A DNA stretch of 64,000 nt from assembly GCA_027623675.1 (NCBI GenBank), contig JAQBVF010000006.1, positions 1-64,000 on the forward strand. Direction: 5' to 3'. Position numbers and translations under genes: made by a program. Below, piece after piece: positions 59,470 to 64,000 of this stretch. Every line of letters begins with the position of its first letter. Positions within the stretch are counted from its first letter, which is position 1. The notes below the pieces were generated by a model that was not told the origin of the DNA, did no database searches, and was given only the letters and a program-made list of their open reading frames with translations. This DNA is from Chloroflexota bacterium (GTDB lineage: Bacteria > Chloroflexota > Dehalococcoidia > Lucifugimonadales > UBA3495).

Positions 59470-60399
59470 CTAGTTCCATTTCTTGGAATTGATGTACTTG
59501 AAGGCCGCGACCGCCGCCGTGGCCCCGTCACCGGCCACCGAGACCAATTGAGAAGATGAGTTCTGCCTGATGTCGCCCACCGCGTAGACCCCAGCCACAT
59601 CGGTCTCCATCGAAACGTTGACGGGGATATGCCCGGCCTTGTCCGTCTTCAAGAGTCCAGTCACGAAGCCGGAAGCAGGCTCCAGACCCACATAGACGAA
59701 CAACCCGGAAAGCTCCAGGGCGTTCTCCAGGTTGGTTACGGTGTTGCGAAGCCGCAGTCCGGAGACGGTGTCCGAGCCCAGCACTTCCTCGATGACCGTG
59801 TTCCAAACGACCTCTATCTTGCGGTTGCCGCCCAACCGGTCGGTCAGGTATTTCTGGGAATCTAGATGGTCCCGGCGGTGGATCAGCAGGACCCGCTCGG
59901 CGTACTCCGTCAGGGTCAGGGCCTCGTCGACAGCCGAATCGCCGCCGCCAACCACGGCGACAACCTGGTTCATATAAAGAGGGCCGTCGCAGGTGGCGCA
60001 CTGGGATACGCCCCGCCCAAAGAACTCTTCCTCGCCCGGAACGCCCAATTGCTTCAGCGTCGAACCAGCGGCGATGATCACCGCCTTGGCCCGGATTTCG
60101 CCGGAGTCGCTTTTGACCACGCGGTAGTCGCCGTCCTTGGTGATCCTTTCGGTCTCGCCCATCACAAAGTCGGCGCCGGCGTTCATGGCCTGTTCCTGAA
60201 CGGCAGGCCCCAACTCAGCCCCGGAGATGCCCTCCGGGAAGCCGGGAAAGTTCTCGATCTTCTCGATGTTGATGATGGACGCCCCGCCCATCATGCGCTC
60301 CACGATCCCGGTGCGCAGTCCGTAGTTCGCGGCGTACATGCCGGCGGTCATTCCCGCCACGCCTCCGCCAACGATCAAAACGTCGTAATTGTCTGCCAA
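59470..60399 (-). CDS. trxB: Thioredoxin-disulfide reductase
   Basis: GGGVAG, CATCDG, GGGDSA, IHRR. TTG start with a GGAGG RBS. Confidence 0.88.
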   Translation of the reverse strand: MADNYDVLIVGGGVAGMTAGMYAANYGLRTGIVERMMGGASIINIEKIENFPGFPEGISGAELGPAVQEQAMNAGADFVMGETERITKDGDYRVVKSDSGEIRAKAVIIAAGSTLKQLGVPGEEEFFGRGVSQCATCDGPLYMNQVVAVVGGGDSAVDEALTLTEYAERVLLIHRRDHLDSQKYLTDRLGGNRKIEVVWNTVIEEVLGSDTVSGLRLRNTVTNLENALELSGLFVYVGLEPASGFVTGLLKTDKAGHIPVNVSMETDVAGVYAVGDIRQNSSSQLVSVAGDGATAAVAAFKYINSKKWN

Positions 60400-60690
60400 G
60401 ATGGCGCCTCCAATGGTGCTAGATGCTGGTCTGGTGGGTGCGATAAACGGTCCTGATTCAGGCACGAACCAGCCTGCGCGGATGCAGCCGGGCCGTAGGC
60501 CTAACTATAGGATTGGAGCCTGTTTGGTGTCAACATAATCTGGAGGCATCCACGACAGGGAATCAATAAGGGGTCAAGTGCGGGAGACGGCGCCCTCATT
60601 TGTTGCGCCTTGCGGCCCCGCAGACGCGCTCATAGAATGGTTGCGACCTGGTGCAAATCACTTTGCCAACTGTTCAGAAGGTGCAAACCC

Positions 60691-62526
60691 ATGCCGAGCG
60701 GTGACCAGACCGGCGAGTATGAAGTACATACCGAGAGCAACGTGATGGCCGCCATGCGCGACGGCGTGCGATTGGCCGCCGACGTGTACCGTCCCGCGAA
60801 GGGCGGTGTTCCGGTTGATGGGGCCTTCCCCGTTCTGCTCCAGCGCACGCCCTACAGCAAGACCAGGGCCGACCTGGTTGCCGAAGCCCTGTCCTTCACC
60901 TCCCACGGCTACGTGACCGTGCTCCAAGACTGCCGGGCGCGCTACGAGTCCGAGGGCGCATTCACCAAGTACACCAGAGAGGGCGAAGACGGCTACGACA
61001 CCATGGCGTGGCTGGCCCAGCAACCCTGGCACGAGGGCAAGATCGGCACCTACGGCCTGTCCTATTCGGCCCACACCCAGGCGGCCGCGGCCTGCTTGGC
61101 CCCGCCCAACCTGGGCTGCATGTGGCTGGATTCGGGCGGGTTCGCCAACGCCTTCCAGACCGCCTGCCGCAACGGCGGGGCCTTTGAGCTTCGTCAATTG
61201 ACCTGGGCCTATAAAGAAGCGGTGGAGAGCCGCCAAGCCAACGCCGACCCGCGGGTGAAAGCGGCCCTAGACGCCCAGGACATATTTGCCTGGTTCGGCC
61301 GTTTGCCCTGGAAGAAGGGGCACTCGCCGCTGCAGTGGACGCCTGACTACGAGGACTACCTGCTGGACATCTGGGAGCGGGAGACGTTCGACGACTACTG
61401 GCGGCAGATCGGACTCTGCGCCGAAGCCCATTACGGCCAGTTCTCCGACGTGCCCCAGGTGCATATGAGCGCCTGGTACGACCCATATTCAAAGACGGCC
61501 ACCGACAATTACGTGGCCCTTTCCGGCACAAAGCAAGGGCCGGTATCACTGCTGATGGGGCCTTGGACCCACGGCGGGCGTTCCGTGACTCACGCTGGAG
61601 GGGTGGAGTTGGGGCCATCGGCGACGATCGACGGCGCCACGGGGGCCGACTTCAACCACCTGCGTCTGCGGTTCTTCGACCGCTGGCTGAAGGGCAAGGC
61701 CAGCGAATGGGCGGACGGGCCACCGGTGAAGTTATTCGTCATGGGCGGCGGCTCGGGGCGCAAGAACGCCGAGGGGCGTTTGGAGCACGGTGGAGCGTGG
61801 CGCAGTGAGAGTGATTGGCCCCTGGCCCGCGCCGCGGCCACGCCCTTCTACCTGCATGCCGGTGGCTCGCTGTCAACGCAGCAACCCGGTAACGGACACC
61901 CGCCCACCAAGTACCTGTTCGACCCGGAACGTCCCGTGCCAACCGTGGGCGGCAACATCTCGTCGGGACAACCGGTGATGGCTCCGGGCGGCTTCGACCA
62001 GCGCGAGTCCAAGGAGTTCTTCGGCTCCAACCCGCCATACCTGCCGCTGGCTTCCCGGCCCGACGTGTTGGTGTTCCAGACCGAGCCATTGGCTGAGGGT
62101 GCTGAAGTCACCGGCCCCGTCTCGGTCCAACTCTGGATATCCTCCAGCGCGGTGGACACCGATTTCACCGCCAAGCTGGTGGATGTGTATCCGCCATCGG
62201 GCGACTACCCGGAGGGTTACACGCTGAACCTGACCGACGGTATCTTGAGGGTTAAATTCCGGGAATCGTGGGAGCAGCCAGAGTTGATGGAGCCTGGGGA
62301 GGTATACCTGTTGACGATTGACCTGCTGCCGGTATCGAACCGGTTTATGAAGGGTCACCGGATCAGGCTGGATATCTCATCCAGCAACTTTCCCAGGTTC
62401 GACGTGAATGGCAATACCGGGGAGAATCCCGGCACGTCACCGGTCAGGCTGACGGCCCTGAACAGTGTCTATCACGATGGCAGCAGGCCGTCCCACGCCT
62501 TATTACCGGTTGTCGCACAGGAATGA
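60691..62526 (+). CDS. CocE/NonD family hydrolase
   Basis: MRDGVRLAADVYRP, RTPY, GLSY, GPWTH, ISSSNFPRF. Confidence 0.94.
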   Translation: MPSGDQTGEYEVHTESNVMAAMRDGVRLAADVYRPAKGGVPVDGAFPVLLQRTPYSKTRADLVAEALSFTSHGYVTVLQDCRARYESEGAFTKYTREGEDGYDTMAWLAQQPWHEGKIGTYGLSYSAHTQAAAACLAPPNLGCMWLDSGGFANAFQTACRNGGAFELRQLTWAYKEAVESRQANADPRVKAALDAQDIFAWFGRLPWKKGHSPLQWTPDYEDYLLDIWERETFDDYWRQIGLCAEAHYGQFSDVPQVHMSAWYDPYSKTATDNYVALSGTKQGPVSLLMGPWTHGGRSVTHAGGVELGPSATIDGATGADFNHLRLRFFDRWLKGKASEWADGPPVKLFVMGGGSGRKNAEGRLEHGGAWRSESDWPLARAAATPFYLHAGGSLSTQQPGNGHPPTKYLFDPERPVPTVGGNISSGQPVMAPGGFDQRESKEFFGSNPPYLPLASRPDVLVFQTEPLAEGAEVTGPVSVQLWISSSAVDTDFTAKLVDVYPPSGDYPEGYTLNLTDGILRVKFRESWEQPELMEPGEVYLLTIDLLPVSNRFMKGHRIRLDISSSNFPRFDVNGNTGENPGTSPVRLTALNSVYHDGSRPSHALLPVVAQE

Positions 62527-62583
62527 CGCCGTGGGCCATAAGGCGTGGCTAGGAACGCTTGGGAACCAGAAAGGCGTTGGGCG

Positions 62584-63183
62584 TTAACGCTTGCTCAGGG
62601 CAATCATGTAGTTGTCGTTATTGATGTCCCGCGCGCCGGTCTGGACCCGGAACCCACTGTCCCTGGCGATCTGGCCCAGTTGGACGGGGTCGATGCGTGT
62701 CTCTTGGGGCGGGCCGCTCTCCGTCTCTTTCGCGTGCCACTCCAAGATGAAACACCAGCCGCCGGGCTTCAGCATCTCCCCGGCCGCCTTCAAGAACCGC
62801 ACGCGGTCCTCCGGGTGGTGCAGCACGAAAGCGATGAACAGGCCATCGACTGTGCCGGGGGCCACGGGGAATTCGTATTCGCCGCATTTGAGGAGGTTGA
62901 CGTTGCCGAGACGGACCGCGTCCAGACGCTCTTGGCAGGCCTTGAGCATGTCGTCGGAGGTGTCCAGGCCGATGACCTTGCCGTTAACCAGGAATTTGGC
63001 CAGCGGCAGCGTGAAATAGCCCGGTCCGCACCCGACGTCCACCACGGTGTCTCTATGGTTCATGGGGCAGAAATTAAGGATCTTGAACGTGTCCAGGTTC
63101 TGGGCCCGTTCCGGCCTCAACATCCTCTCCGCCGAGGTTGGCATATCGGGGTGGCTCGAGCCTGTGTGCGGGTCTGTCGACAT
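62584..63183 (-). CDS. Class I SAM-dependent methyltransferase
   Basis: VVDVGCGPG, FVLHH, LKPGG. Confidence 0.9.
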   Translation of the reverse strand: MSTDPHTGSSHPDMPTSAERMLRPERAQNLDTFKILNFCPMNHRDTVVDVGCGPGYFTLPLAKFLVNGKVIGLDTSDDMLKACQERLDAVRLGNVNLLKCGEYEFPVAPGTVDGLFIAFVLHHPEDRVRFLKAAGEMLKPGGWCFILEWHAKETESGPPQETRIDPVQLGQIARDSGFRVQTGARDINNDNYMIALSKR

Positions 63184-63507
63184 CTATTTGATACCTCGTG
63201 ATTCCCAGGGTGAAACCCCGGCTGGGAGATTACTTTACATGAACCGGTTGGTGGCCGCAATCGGCGTGATACCGCTTCGTTGACACTCCCGATACCCCAT
63301 CGTACACTAACCCCTGATTCAACCCTTGATTCTCGCCAGGCGGCCATGGGACGCCTGGATAGTCCGGCCCCAGCCGAGCCTGACACCGGCCTGCAACCGG
63401 TGTGAAATCCGGCGTGAAATACTGGGAACAACCCCCAAAGTTCCCCAATACCGGCTGGGCATCAGTAACCATAACAAGCCCCAGGAGTTATCCCCCAGGA
63501 GTTATCA

Positions 63508-64000
63508 ATGTCCCTATTGTCCCAGGAAGACCCACAGGTAGCGCGCGCCCTGGAGTTGGAAGACCAACGCCAGCGGGATAGCATCGTGCTGATCGCTTCA
63601 GAGAACTACGCCAGCAAGGCGGTTCTAGAGCCTGGCGCCAGCGTGATCAGCAATAAATACGCCGAGGGGTATCCGGGCCGCCGTTATTACGGCGGCTGCG
63701 ATAACGCCGACGTCATCGAGAGTTTGGCCATCGACCGCGTCAAGGAATTATTTGGCGCTGAACACGCCAACGTTCAACCCCACAGCGGCGCACAAGCCAA
63801 TATGGCGGCCTATTTTGCCGTCCTTGAGACTGGCGACACGGTCATGGGCATGCAATTGGACCACGGCGGCCACCTGACCCACGGCGCATCGGTGAATTTC
63901 TCCGGCAAGATATACAACTTCGTGCCCTATGGTCTGAACAAAGAGACGGAGTTGATCGACTACGACGAGGTTGAGCGCCTGGCGAAAGAACACCGGCCCA
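63508..64000 (+). CDS. glyA: Serine hydroxymethyltransferase (partial, runs off the window)
   Basis: Translated by hand: [40 protein letters not shown]. Confidence 0.97.
   Translation, partial: MSLLSQEDPQVARALELEDQRQRDSIVLIASENYASKAVLEPGASVISNKYAEGYPGRRYYGGCDNADVIESLAIDRVKELFGAEHANVQPHSGAQANMAAYFAVLETGDTVMGMQLDHGGHLTHGASVNFSGKIYNFVPYGLNKETELIDYDEVERLAKEHRP

Noticed and set aside
63190..63500. ZTP or glycine riboswitch upstream of glyA
   Set aside because: Small hairpins are present, but neither consensus is visible.

Overview
High-GC bacterial chromosome window. Gene content suggests Chloroflexota, probably Dehalococcoidia/SAR202-like (inference only). Bases 1-3.5 kb are a decayed defence island: a frameshifted HNH endonuclease, a type I-E CRISPR remnant (3 full repeats plus 1 truncated, 3 spacers, no cas genes or leader), an intact IS1380-family element, and a frameshifted DUF3800 gene cut off by that IS. 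The rest is mostly housekeeping genes (panC, etfAB, htpX, fmt, rpsP-khpA-rimM, yebC-ruvC-ruvA, uvrB, tex, recG, DegV/DAK2, rplU-rpmA-rpmE, glyA) and catabolic paralogues (amidase, SDRs, amidohydrolases, P450, CocE, S9 peptidase), with REP/BIME-like palindromes between them. The most notable observations: (1) a YccU-type CoA-binding protein whose apparent stop is a UGA at the family's Cys position, followed by a SECIS-like hairpin, so a probable selenoprotein, downstream of thioredoxin reductase; (2) a pan-RNA-like attenuator with a uORF ahead of a ThnT/DmpA-like hydrolase and panC; (3) an unannotated stand-alone transcript with a 23-codon sORF and a 109-nt hairpin; (4) a B12-radical-SAM homologue lacking CxxxCxxC; (5) a low-GC stand-alone TIR gene with a consensus promoter; (6) a 6S-like RNA. 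All family calls come from motif recognition; no database searches were run.
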